From positions 52,888,001 through 52,952,000 of the forward strand of contig NC_045697.1 of assembly GCF_009834535.1 (NCBI RefSeq): a DNA stretch of 64,000 bases. Reading direction: 5' to 3'. Source of the DNA: Camelus ferus. Taxonomy: Eukaryota. The translations under genes were made by a program, and so were the position numbers. Positions 27,988-40,044 of the stretch are shown here, piece after piece. The notes below the pieces were generated by a model. That model was not told the DNA's origin. It searched no databases and saw only the letters and a program-made list of their open reading frames with translations. The stretch's first letter is position 1, and each line of letters opens with the position of its first letter.

Positions 27988-30342
27988 CATGAGCTCTGGA
28001 GTCAGACTATTCAAGAATATGAATTCATTCTCCTTCAGTTAAAAAAATAGATACAAATATTGAATCATTATGTTGTATACCTGAAACTAATATGTCAATT
28101 ACATCTGAATAAAAACAAAACCACTTCTGGGGATAGAGCCAGAAATCTGTGTTAACAAGACCTCCAGGTAAGTCTGATGCATGCTAAAGTTTGAGATAAG
28201 GCTTTTTCTAACACCAAAAAAGTTGTATCCCAGTATATGATCTTCTAAATCCAAGGTTATGCTATCAGAATTTTTTATTTTATAATAGTTTAAATAAGTC
28301 ATTTAGAGACTGAATCAAATACTCTGATGAAAAACATATGTTGCCCCCATCTACCTATATGAATTCTATAGGGACTACTCCTCCCCATTTTTTTTTCCAG
28401 CTTTCATTATTAAGTCAGTAGTTTTATGTATTGGCGCTCCTATCTATTGGAAATTCTAAGAAATACCTCTTATAACTATAACTCCCTCAGACTGGTAAGT
28501 ACTGATACATGTGAAGTTTCTGCCTCTCCAGTTGGCACATAAAAATATTCTATAAATCGTAGCCACTAGTTACCATTACTATCTTACTAGTCACATTCTT
28601 TATTCATAATTGTTTGAGTTACAGAACTACAGGATAACTTTTGTTACCCAATGAAGAGCCTTTCAGGATCTTCTAGTATCCAGAATGAAGCTAAGATCAG
28701 AACCAAGAAAAAAAAAGAAACTCTGTCTAGAAAGAATAAACCTGTGGTTATCAAGAGGGGAGGAGCCAAAACAAAGTCAAAGATTCAAAGATTACACCTG
28801 ATATTCTAAAATTATTGCTCTGTCAATTGGAAGCATCATCTGACTTTTTGATAATGCCAGGACAGAACAGTAGGTAAAACAAAAGGAAGGAGGCAGAAGG
28901 GAAGGGAGAAATGGACTGGAAAGACAAACTGGGACAGTTTAGGCAGCAGTGGTGATAAAACAAAATCCAGGAGGCAAGCAGCAGACAGCTCGTCTGGTCA
29001 TGAGGAAGGAAAAGGGGGCATGACCCAGCTCCCAGTATCTTAGAGGCTCGGGATGTCCCAGTCATTTCAGCTGTGTGTGGAAAGGACCCACCTGCATTTA
29101 GACACTCTAAAGGTGCCTGGTAGTCACTAGTCTACAATTACGCACCAAAGAGGCTTACATTTCTGAGGGTTTCCCCCCTTTTTTACAGACACTTATATCT
29201 GCCACTTGACAAAACGGCATTTAATGGATCAGAAAGTGGCTCTGCGTTCTGAACACAGTTGGATAAGAGCTGGAGGCTAATAGATTTGTGAATCATAGTA
29301 TTGTAAATGGAGGCACTGCTCTACATTAATTATACCAAAAAGCTGACTTTTAAAAAGTCACAAATCAATCTAAAACCTACTAGAATGAGGTAAATGCTCA
29401 AAACTTTTAGATTTTGATGGTTCGACCCTTCCCCAGCATACCTCAGTTTTGGGCAGGTGCCTCTATATTTACAAAACAGAAAAAAGTACTTTTGTCTTTT
29501 CAAAGTTTAAAAAGCATACAGCAGATGAACTGATTAATGTGTATTCAACCCTTGACCACGTATAATGTCTTCTAGACTACTATTAAACAATAAAAAAGAG
29601 AGAGACATGATAATAGAAATATCCATGAAAAGTAAACTAAAATCAATGAATAAATATATACACACACACATTGTATATATGCACACATACATACATAATA
29701 TATGCATATTTTTATATTGTATGTGTGTGTATAAAACTGTGAATATAAAATTAATTTTCTCCCCTTAAATATGCATTCCTGGGTTTATATGTAAATGAGA
29801 AAGCTCCTTCCCCACATCATGGATTCTTAAAGTGCTTCTGTGAGAAAAAGTGGAATGCTTCTAGAAGCCCAATTCCCTGCACTTTTCAGGGCTCAATCAA
29901 GGCATTCACTGTTAGGTAGACTCAACTTTGAAGTGGGTAGTCATAGTAATGCTGCCAGTCCTTCCCAAGGCTTTTTTTGTTTGTTTGTTTTTGTTTTTCT
30001 ATTCCTTTCCTAGCCCTCCTCCCATCTCTAAACAGCACATACAAATACAGAAAGCTGCTTCTTTGTGAGTTGGATTTTTTTTTTTTTTGTACACTGCTGT
30101 AATTGAGAGAGAAAAGACAAGGGCAGAGATATGGGCTATCTACATGGCATTGCCTTAAACATAAATGTGTGCTGTAGTTCTGGGAGTTTGAAGAGGAAAA
30201 GAACTGTCAACAGAAGCTGATAACCATGCAAATGGCAGGGGTGCCTGTTCACTCCAACACCAAGAAGAAGCCATCTCTTGTCCATCCCATCCACCCACAA
30301 GACAACTTCTAAAGTTAGGATGAAAAAGGAAGGCATTTAAAG

Positions 30343-30928
30343 TGTTACCGAGCAAGAGCTGGTGTGCCCTAGGCACAGAAAGCCTAACTCTGATAGCAGG
30401 TGTTTGCAACAAAGTAAGGGTTTTTCTGCAGGGTTCTAAGCAAGTAGAATGGGCAGTTCATGCTCAAAAGACCTGAACTCTTGTATGGCTTTCAGGTATG
30501 GGTTTCTAAAGACAGTGCGAGGGGAGAGGTTCGTAGGATGTGATCAGCTTGTGGATCGTCTTCTGATTGGTTGGTTGGTGGTGAGGTAACAGTGACATTT
30601 CAGGAATTTCAACCTTGTGGTTCCAACCAGTCTGGGGTCTACATGCTTGTGGTCAGCGCATAGTTGCCATCCTCCACCTGGATGAGGGTCTTAGTTTCCA
30701 TAGAAAAACTCAAAGATATGCATCAGATTGTTATCTACATCCCTTCAGGAGGAACCAGGAGTCCTGTGACTCTACTGTCCTAATCGTTAACTGCTGGAGT
30801 CTGCTCTTTGGAACTCAGGTAAGGCCTACCGAGACTGAAGCCTTTTCTTTTTTCCTCACAAACAAGAAACAGGGGTCATGGAGGGGCTTTTGTACCTGGG
30901 AAGGCCCCACAGGTCCTGTTTGGTTTCA
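30343..30928 (-). mobile_element. ERV LTR (ERV1-like) with adjacent polypurine-tract-like sequence
   Basis: Plus strand TGTTACCG...GGTTTCA gives imperfect inverted termini. On the minus strand AAAGTGGGGAAC directly precedes TGAAACC. Confidence 0.65.
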
Positions 30929-31810
30929 GTTCCCCACTTTGGTATGGGACAAGGAAGGGAATAAAGTTTGGATAGAGGGGTTAGTCATAACCTTGGAAGA
31001 GAAACATGGGTTTAGGGGGACTCAATTTCAAAAGTACTGGACCATGGCATGCAAGTAGCTGGTGAGAAACTGGAATGGAAGGTGATACACCAAGGAGGAA
31101 AAGGCCCCATGAAATATGAACATATACATCTCTGCGAATGCACGGAAAGTTCTAGGAGAAAACTCACCAAACTCAAAAGTGGTATTCTCTGATAATAAAC
31201 TCTGCTGGGGAGGGGTGGGGGAGGGGAGAGTTTGGAGGCCCACGAAGAGGAAAGTTCACTTTGTGCTCAATGTACTTTTCTACTATAAAACATCTAACCA
31301 ATGACCAACAGATCCTTGTGTTACTTGTAATTTTTATAAATCAATTTTTAAAAAGGCATGGTAAAATTTATGAGATTTAAAAGCTAGAAGCATAAAAATT
31401 AAGCAGATTATCAGCACTAAAAGACTCAGAAAGTAACATAATCTAGTCAGAAACCTTTCATATTGCATTTAAGTATGCTGAATATTTTACGAACATTAGA
31501 TCCTGAAAGATTTTACACTGAAACCTTACATGTCATGAACTCTGAAAATTTAGGGTACCTCTTGTGCACACGTTTTTGCTATTATTCATCAGAGTCATTT
31601 AAAACAAAGCTTCTGAACTCAAATGTAAAGGCTAATTTTTAAAATCTCTGAGTGCGGTCAAGATTTCTAAAACAAAAAGATAACACTGCCTTAATATACA
31701 GTCTGTCAAAATTATTATCTGTTATATACTTTGGGCAAATATATTAGCGAGAGTTAAAAATTGGGTGTTGAGGAGGCAAATATTCTTTGGGTATGGAGGC
31801 TGCATCAAGC

Positions 31811-31857
31811 AGTGCTCTGGTAATTTAAATAAGTAGTGCTCTGGTAATTGAAATAAG
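31811..31857. repeat. 24-bp tandem duplication
   Basis: AGTGCTCTGGTAATTTAAATAAG-T-AGTGCTCTGGTAATTGAAATAAG, one mismatch. Confidence 0.9.
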
Positions 31858-32013
31858 ACTTTTTAAAACGGTTTGGTCTTAGGTTGTTCAAGTGAGTCGT
31901 CGGGAGACCCTCAGTTCTGATATTCAGGTCCATCACAGAAAGCAATATTGCACTGACTGTGTAGAGCATTGACAGGAAGTATTTTTATTAATATCCAGAG
32001 TATTCCTTTTTTC

Positions 32014-32194
32014 TTTCTTTTTTTAAGGGTTCTTTCTTTTTTCTTTTTAATTTAATTTAATTTAATTTTTTTTTTGGTGTTGGGGAGGTAGTTAGGTTTA
32101 CTTATTTATTTTTAGAGGAGGTACTGGAGATTGAACCCAGGACCTTGTGTGTGCCAAGCATGTGCTCTACCTCTTGAGCTATACCTTCCCTCCT
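32014..32194 (-). mobile_element. tRNA-derived SINE (Vic-1-like)
   Basis: Same family as 27840. Perfect 18-bp TSD CAGAGTATTCCTTTTTTC at 31996-32013 and 32195-32212. Confidence 0.92.
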
Positions 32195-33849
32195 CAGAGT
32201 ATTCCTTTTTTCAAGTATGTATATTCCGAAGTACATTAAAAATAACTAGTACAAACAAAAATAGTACAAAACAAGAACTACTTTAAGTCAAGTATCAGTG
32301 ATCTTTTACTAATATGAAATGTCCCCAGTGACTGGTCTTTAAAAACAGTGGAAGTGGGACACATACACTTTCCCAGTAATTTTTCTGAGCACTTTCACAC
32401 CAGTAAGCCTTTAATTTCAGAAATTAAAGGCCAGTAGGGGACTATTCAAACTTTATGTGCTAACAAATCATGCCACATATCTGCTACGATTGCAAAGTAG
32501 AGATCAAGGGATCACAATTACGAAACTCTAGCTTTAAGTCTTCCATTGATGATCTCCATCATGCTAAGGCCCAAATTTTCTGACAACATTAAAAAAATAA
32601 ATAAATAAAGCCAATCCTTAATAAGAAGGACTCAAAGTGAAGTTCAGATAATTCCCACAACTGATACTGGCTAAAACTTGAAAAATTCTTCTGCATCACA
32701 CCTTGTACCACAACTGTTACAGAGTTATAAACAATTGAGAGGAAGGTCTTCTTCATTCTATAGTGACTGGTTGATAAGCAAATTACTCAAAAATAGAAAA
32801 TTTTAGGAAGGAAAAGAGATGCTGTACTTAAAGAACAAAGTACAAAGCAGATTCCTTACAAAATGAAGTAGTGTTGAGACTATTACCTTTACTCTCTCTG
32901 CTTATAAAAAGACTAATTTCTGACATGATCAGATACTCGTATCTAGAGATTAGTGGATTACTCTAACACACAAACTATGATTTTACTAAGACTCTTAGTC
33001 GGTGGTCAATGTTGGCTCCCATTCTAGGTAAGTAATAAAAAGAAGTCAACAAAGGACTCCCTCCAGCTGAATCCAATGGACCCTAACCTAGGGAGGACCA
33101 TCCAATCAAGTTTTTGGTCGTCTGGCTTTCACTTAAACAGCATGGGCTCGGTAGGCAAAGAATCTGGGTCAACTTCATTCCTTCTATTACATTGTTATTT
33201 AGGACAAATCACTTAATCACATTGATCCTCAACTTCCTCATCTGAAAAAGTGGCATAATTGGCTCACAGAGATGTGAGGATTAACTATGATAATCACAGG
33301 GCATGCACACAGGAAATAGTCAACTAATGCTAATCTTTTCCCAAGGGATAGATCAGACGCAGAAAAGAAAAAGTCCGGGTTTCTTGGCAGTGCAGACCAG
33401 TTAAAAGATTTGCTTGGGTACTAAAAAAGAAATCTCTAGCTCTATCTCAGAGACTGAGAGAGACAGAGACAGAATGATTCCCTCTTCACCTTACGCAAGT
33501 TTCTCCCCCTTTTCAGAACTCATACAGCAAAGTATTCGGCATTTTTATCACGCCTTACATCTTCAGTCACATCTTCATATTCTAAGACCTTGTCTTTCTT
33601 AACCAGACTTAACAAGAGTCTTACACATATTGCCTGCTCTAGGGCCCGCTCGCTATCAATAGACATTTGCTGACTGATACAGCACAAAGTGGGGTCCGCT
33701 GCATTCAGATGGCTCTGGTGACAGTGGCTTTAAAAGGTGAAGGCCTCTTCCTGTCAAACGATAACATCCCGGTAAGTGCCCTCCCAAAGCCACACTTTCC
33801 CTTCTCGTCATCTCGCGCACTATTCCTGATTTCTTCCCATTCTGGGGGA

Positions 33850-35250
33850 CGGATCTGTAATATTTACGGGTGCGGAGTGAACGCTCGTAAAAAATTTAGT
33901 GGTCCAACTAGGGCCACGCGGGCGGCGGCGCGGCAGCAGCCACACCTACTCGGCGGCCGCGGCGCTCTGAGCCCGCAGAAGGCGGCGCCGCCCCCTCCTC
34001 GACTCCTCCGGGGAAGCCTCCCAGCAGAGACCCAGGGCTGGGACCCGGCGAGCACGTGGGAGGCTAGCGAGATCCAGCGCCTGGGCAGGGAGGGGAGGCT
34101 GGGCAGGAGCCTGCGGCCTCGGGAGACTCGGAGGTAAATAATCCGGCACCCAGACAGCGGCCGCCCCCCTGCGTGCCCCCGGACGGGAGCGTACCAAGAA
34201 GCCACCCCCAACGCCCCTACCTCCTAGCCGGCCAGACGTCCGGCTCGGCTCCGGGGACCCAGCAGGAGGCGGAGCTCCGGGCCGGCCCTTCCCAGCCGAG
34301 GCCCCCCTTCCCCTCCCCGCTGGCGTCCCCCTTCCCGGCCGCCACTCACGGTGTTTGCCGCCACCGCCACCGGCACCGCCGCCACCGCTCGGGTAGCTCA
34401 GGAGCAGGAAGGGCAGCGGGGAGCCCGGCGACGGCGGGGTCCTCCAGGAGCGCTGTTGCTGCTGCGGCGGCGGGCGCGCTACGAAGCCGGCGCCTCCATC
34501 GCCCGGGTAGAGCAGGAAGAAGGGGGCGGCCACCGGCGAGCCCGGCTCCGATTGCCCCGCGGGGGAGGCCAGCGGCGGCCCCGCCTCGTCCTCTCGGTCC
34601 GCGCCCTGGGTTGGAGTGCGGCGCGGCTCCTCCAGTCGCTGCTTCCCGCCCCTCCCCGGCTCCTCGCTGCAACTTTCCGCGCCGGCGGTGGGCGGCGGCG
34701 AGGTCTCAGCCATGCTCGCTCCTTCCTTCGCCGCCGCCTCGGACTCGCGCTCAGGCCTGGGCGGAGGGAGCAGAGGGTCACGGCGGGGAGCCGCCGCCCC
34801 GTCCCGTCCGCGCCGCCACCTTTCTCCTTGGCTGCGGGCCGGTCTGGGCTCCGTCGCTCCGTCTACAGCCCGCCCCGCCGGGTCCGAGCCAGCTGGAGGG
34901 ACGGCCCCGCCCGACGGCGCGGTCTCCCTACCGGCCGTCTCCTCCCGCCGGCCCCTCCCGCCCCGGCCCGCAGCCTGCGGCGCGGCTCCCCTAGGGGGCG
35001 ACCTCCTCCTCTTCCCACTTCCCACCTTCCGCCTCGCTCCGGCATCGCTGAGCTCCCTGCCCACCCGGGAAAGGAGACGGCGCCCAGGGCCTCGTCCTTC
35101 CCCGTCCCTGGCCCGGCCCGACCCTCCCGAGCGGTCAGGTGTGTTTGCCACCCACTCCGCCCCCCCGTGCTTGAACGGTGGGAGACCTGGCCAAACATCC
35201 AGGGGCGCTTTTGTGTGTAACCGCCTAACTTCATCGGTGGCACAAAGATC
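33850..35250. promoter_or_regulatory. RUFY3: CpG island / distal RUFY3 promoter
   Basis: Very GC- and CpG-rich against an AT-rich background. Several GC boxes (CCCGCCCC/CCCCGCCC) at about 34870-34912, upstream of the ATG. Confidence 0.92.
34350..34713 (-). CDS. RUFY3: RUFY3 distal alternative first coding exon (MAETSPPPTAGAESCSEE...PSGGGGAGGGGGKH)
   Basis: ATG at 34713 in strong context (gcgAgcATGG). Peptide resembles the Pro/Gly-rich RUFY3 isoform N-terminus (VAAPFFLLYPGDGGAGF, SPGSPLPFLLLSYPSGG). Donor CAC C|gtgagt at 34350/34349. 364 nt, so phase 1. Confidence 0.92.
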
Positions 35251-37514
35251 TGGGTTGAAGAGGCGAAAGCTAATTTTAAACAGGAGCCTGCCCTCCCCCA
35301 ACCCCGTATTAAACGATACCATTTGTCTTGCACACGCTATAATTTTGACCGTTGATTCACGGTTGTGATTTATGAGCTTTTTATGTGAGAAACCAGAGGT
35401 GGGTGTCTTCCTTTCCCCACTTCTTTTGTTCCCTGTCATATGCGCTGTGTAGAAATGTATGTGCTTTGACTTTAACTCCCTGGTTTTCCGGTGTTCCGGG
35501 TGCGCATGAATGCGTTTTAAACCAAACAGCTTAGAATTTATGTGACAAGCGTCTATTACAGGGCGACAGTTTTCACTTTCATAGTGCCTGTGTCTCCCTA
35601 GTAATTGGCCAGTGGTGCTTTATTTTGAATATTTGAATCAGTGATTACTGATCCAGTTATTCCCGTAAGTAAACATTTGCTTCTTTAATAAAGACAATTT
35701 CCAGTTACTATCGTTATTCTTTGAGCTGGACTCCATGAACGTGCCCCGTATTTCCCAGCTGATTAGCTTTGTGTTCGGGTTGCAAAAATGCTGGCATAGA
35801 ATCCATATTGACTCATAATTAAAAATCACTGTTGTGTAACATTTTGTCCACCTGATTTTCCCTCTTTATCTGGTCTGTCTTTGCTTCTGTGAGGAAGTTA
35901 TGCCTCTCTGAAAGGAAAAGTAAGCCTTTTCATTGTTATTCTCTGAAAAATCACCTTGAAATTATAAGAAATTACCATGAGACTTCTAATACTATCTTCC
36001 ACCAACTCTTTTAAACAAAAATATATTTTAAAAGGAGGTGTTGACGAAGAGGCTAACTTCAAGCAATCAGAAAATTTCTTAGTTTTTCTGTTTTGGGCAT
36101 TTCAGTGACCTGTTGATCACAGTGCTACTACTTGCTTAAGTAAGTTGTCTTCTTAGCTTGGATTCTTGTTCTGGCATAGGTGAAAACAATTATTATTAGT
36201 TATGTTTTATCTTTTTAGTAAAACAGCATGTAACTTACAAAAATAAAAACAAACTCAGTTTTGAGGAGGAAAAAAGATTTTTTACCATATCTTTAACATT
36301 TTGGAAGTTTGTTGGTCCTTTTCATTTCATTCTTGGTGAGGGTGAGAATCTTGATAAAAAACATAATTGCCTTTGAGGAATTACAAACTGTATAATACCT
36401 TGAAGAGAAAAACTAAAAGATTCCAGATGTATTATATAGTTTTATACCCATCTTTAACTGGATCCTTTACCTTGTTTTTGCATGCATAAATTTGTGGCAC
36501 TGTGTTCTTGTCAGGTTCCTTCACACAGTTGTTTTGCAATTTTTCAGTAAAGAATTTGACAAGAATATACTTTTACCCCACTGTAGGCAGAAGAAAAAAG
36601 AGCAGACTCCTCACAAATCACTCTTGAGAAAGGCCAATAATTACCCAAGGGAGTCACCACGCTAACAAATTATGAAATGCTATCTAGTCTAAATCACTAG
36701 CTTTTTGTTTTCTAGTTAGCCAGAATACTTATAGTTATTGATATGCTGTGGAATCTTGCAGCATATTGTTTTTATTTTATTTTATTTTTTTAGTTTGAAA
36801 TCTGTTTCATTGTCTTAAATTTTATTTTGTTTTTATTGAAATATGGTCAGTTTATAATGTGTTCATTTCTGGTGTACAGCATAGTGGTTTATTGGGTTTT
36901 CTGGGGCCTCTTTTAAAAACAGTTCTATTTATGTTCTCTGTCATTAATTAAGTGGCAGTGTAATGAATATAAAAAAATCAACTGAAATATAAATCCTTTA
37001 AAGTTCACAGGCAAGGCTATTTATGAACATTTTCCTTAAAGGTGGATGGTATTCCAAGTTCCTAGTTTCTTATGCTTTTAGCTTTTGGATCAATAATATA
37101 ATCATAGCTCTACATAAGTTTTAGTGACATAAAGGGCTGATTCAGCTGCTACACATGTTTAAGGAAGCTAAGATTATAAAAACAAGCCTAAACACCTTGC
37201 TTCTTTTTGCAAATGCTTCTTCCTAATACTATTTTAAAGTGACACAATCCAAGCCATTGTACGAATTAACGTCTATTAACTTTTCTCTAATAAAAGGAAA
37301 ATAAAGCAAGAGATGTTTTCAGCTTAATCTGCACTTTATTTTTGTTATCTATGTTTGGTTTTTTGAAACCCTTTGATTATCTTAAGGATGGACACTTAGA
37401 ATATATTAAAACTTTTTAGAGATCAATGTCATAGATGTACTTTTACCATAAGATTCTTAGAGCTGTGATCAGAGAAAAGATGCTACTTGGGAAGGATTGA
37501 TATTCTTTTTCAGA

Positions 37515-39925
37515 TTTCAGTCTTAAATTTGTTGAGACTTATTTTGTGGCCTAACATATGATCTGTCCTGGAGAATGTTCTATGTGCACTTGAATGTGTA
37601 TTCTGTTCTTTTGGTGTGGAATGTTCTGTATATAGTTATTAAGTTTGCTTGGTGTAATGTGTCATTTAAGGCCAGTGTTTCCTTATTAATTTTCTGTCTA
37701 GATGATCTGTCCATTGGTGAAATTTGGGTGTTAAAGTCCCCAACTATTATTGTATTACTATCAATTTCTCCCTCTATGTCTGTTAATATTTGGTTTCTAT
37801 ATTTAGGTGCTCTTATGTTGGGTGCATATATATATTTACAATTGTTACATATTCTTGTTGGATTGGTCCCTTTATCATTACATAATGCCCTTCTTTGTCT
37901 CTTGTCTGATACAAGTATTACTACGCCAATTTTCTTTTTGTTTTCCATTTAAATGGAATTCCTTTCCCATCCCCTCACTTTCAGTCTGTGTGTGAGACAT
38001 TTCCTTTCATAATTTTCATATTTCTAAGTAGTAGCCTTTTTGTTGAAAATCCCTTTAACATTTCTTATAAAGCTGGTTTAGTGGTGCTGAAGTCTTTTAG
38101 CTATTCCTTGTCTGTTAAACTCTATCTCTCCAAATCTGAATGATAATTTTCTAGGTAGAATATTCTTGGTTGTAGGTTTTTTCTTTTATCACTTTGAATA
38201 TATTGTGTCACTCTCATCTGGCTTGCACAGTTTTTATTGAAAAGTCAGCTTATATCCCTGTAGGGGTTCCCTTGCATTTAGCAGTATAATTAGTTACTTT
38301 TCTCTTGCTGTTTTTAAGATTCTCTCTTCATCTTTAATTTTTGCCATTTTAATTTTAATGTGCCTTGGTGTGGAACTCTTTGGGTTCCTCTTGTTTGGGA
38401 ATCTGTGCTTCCTGGACCTATGTCTGTTTATCTTCCCAGGCTAGAGTAGTTTTCAGCTATTATTTCTTCAAATAATTTCTCTGCCCCTTTCTCTCTCTCT
38501 TATCCTACTGGGTCCCCTACAATGCAAATATTAGTATACTTGATATTGTCCCAGAGGCCTCTTAAACTATCCTCATTTTTAAAAATTCTTTTTTCTTTTC
38601 AGCTTGGCTGATTTCTACTACTCTGTCTTCCTGATTGCTAATCTCTTCCTCTGTATCATGTAACCTACTGTTGATTCTTTTCAGTGTATTTTTTATTTCA
38701 CTTATTGTATTTTTTAGCTCTGTTTGGTTCCTCTTCATAATTTCTAACTTGAAATTCTGTGTTTATCCATTCTTCTCCCCAGTTTGGTGAGCATCTATAT
38801 GGTCATTACCTTGAACTCTTTATTGGGTTGATTGCTTATCTCTACTTTGTTTAACTCTTTTTCTGAGGTTATGGCTCTTAGTTTGGAACATATTCTTCTG
38901 TCTCCTCATTTGGCTTAATTCACTGTGTTTATTTCTATGTGTCAGTTTGATTGGTTACGTTTCCCGACCTTAGAGAAGTGGCCTTATGTAAGAGAAATCC
39001 TATGGAGCCAAGCAGTATGCTCCCTTCTGGTCCTCAGAGCCATATGTTCTAGGGCTGTGCCCTGTGTGGGCTCTGTGTACCCTTCATTTGTGGTGGGGTG
39101 ACTACTGTGGATGTGCTGGTTGGAGGGCCTGGCCTTCTGCCTAGTTGGCTGTGAGGCTGTGCTTCATGCTCTGGCTGCTATGGCCTACTGTAGGGTGGGG
39201 CTGGGTCCCTGGTGCTAATACACTAGAAGGAGGATTCCAAAGTGGAGCTTGATGGTACCAGTGTTATCATGGTTGAATGAACTCCCCAAAATGGCTACTG
39301 CCAATGTCTCCACCCCCAGGGGAAGACCCAGTTGCCTTCTGCCTCTCCAGGAGGCTCTCCAAGATCACTAAGTGGGTTTGACTCAGTCTCACTTCAAACT
39401 ACTGCCTCTCTGCTGGGACTTGGAACATGTGAGATTTTTGCAGGTGCTCTTTAAGAGTGAAGTCTCGGTGGTAGCTTAGTGGTAGAGTGCATGCCTAGCA
39501 TGCATGAGGTCCTGGATTCAATCTCCAGTACCTCCACTAAAATCAATTAATTAATTAATTAATTGATTAATTAACTCCACCTCCAAAAAAAAAAAAAAAA
39601 GGGCAGGGAGGGGGGCGGTGAAGTCTCTGTTTCCTATAGCCCTCTGGCTTTCCTGAATATAAGCCCTGCTGGAAGACTTCCATGATTGTGATTTTCTCTT
39701 GTTTGTGGATCACTGACCCCTGGGGGTGTAATTCCTGACTCTACTCCATCTCCACCCATCTGCTGTCTCATTGTGGTTCCTTCTTTATGCCTTTAGTTGA
39801 AATCTTCTCTGCTAGTCTTCAGGTTGTTCTTTTAGGTTGCTGCTCTCTAAGTAGTTGTAATTTTGGTTTGTCTGTGGGAGGAGGTGAGTTCAGCATCTTC
39901 CTACTAGTACTATCTGGCCACCTCT
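37515..39925 (-). mobile_element. Degenerate L1: 5' UTR, ORF1 remnant and ORF2 endonuclease N-terminus
   Basis: ORF 37580-37948 gives IYAPN...IIVGDFNT...DRSSRQKINKE...IYRTFH, the L1 APE-endonuclease motifs. The adjoining sequence has the strand asymmetry of L1 ORF1. Interrupted by a SINE. Confidence 0.88.
39467..39617 (+). mobile_element. tRNA-derived SINE (Vic-1-like) nested in L1
   Basis: GTAGCTTAGTGGTAGAGTG...GGATTCAATCTCCAGTACCTCC, (AATT)n spacer and poly(A). TSD GTGAAGTCTC at 39457-39466 and 39618-39627. Confidence 0.88.
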
Positions 39926-39944
39926 CCTATGAGCACTACTCTTA

Positions 39945-40044
39945 GTGATTTTTCTGGTTGCTGTTGTTAGTGAAGGTACTGGGCATTGAACTCAGAACCT
40001 TGTGCATGTTAAGCATGCATTCTACCACTGAGCTATGCCGGATC
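39945..40044 (-). mobile_element. tRNA-derived SINE (Vic-1-like), short and more diverged
   Basis: The reverse complement has TAGCTCAGTGGTAGAA and GAGTTCAATGCCCAGTACC. 19-bp TSD with two mismatches (CCTATGAGCACTACTCTTA / CCTATAAGCTCTACTCTTA). Confidence 0.82.

Noticed and set aside
33667..35368. Overlapping 150-290 aa plus-strand ORFs in the RUFY3 CpG island
   Set aside because: Low-complexity R/P/G/A translations typical of GC-rich DNA, with no recognisable domain.
33946..35439. 497-aa minus-strand ORF as one protein
   Set aside because: Only 34713-34350 resembles RUFY3 and it ends at a canonical donor. The flanks stay open because stops are rare in a CpG island.
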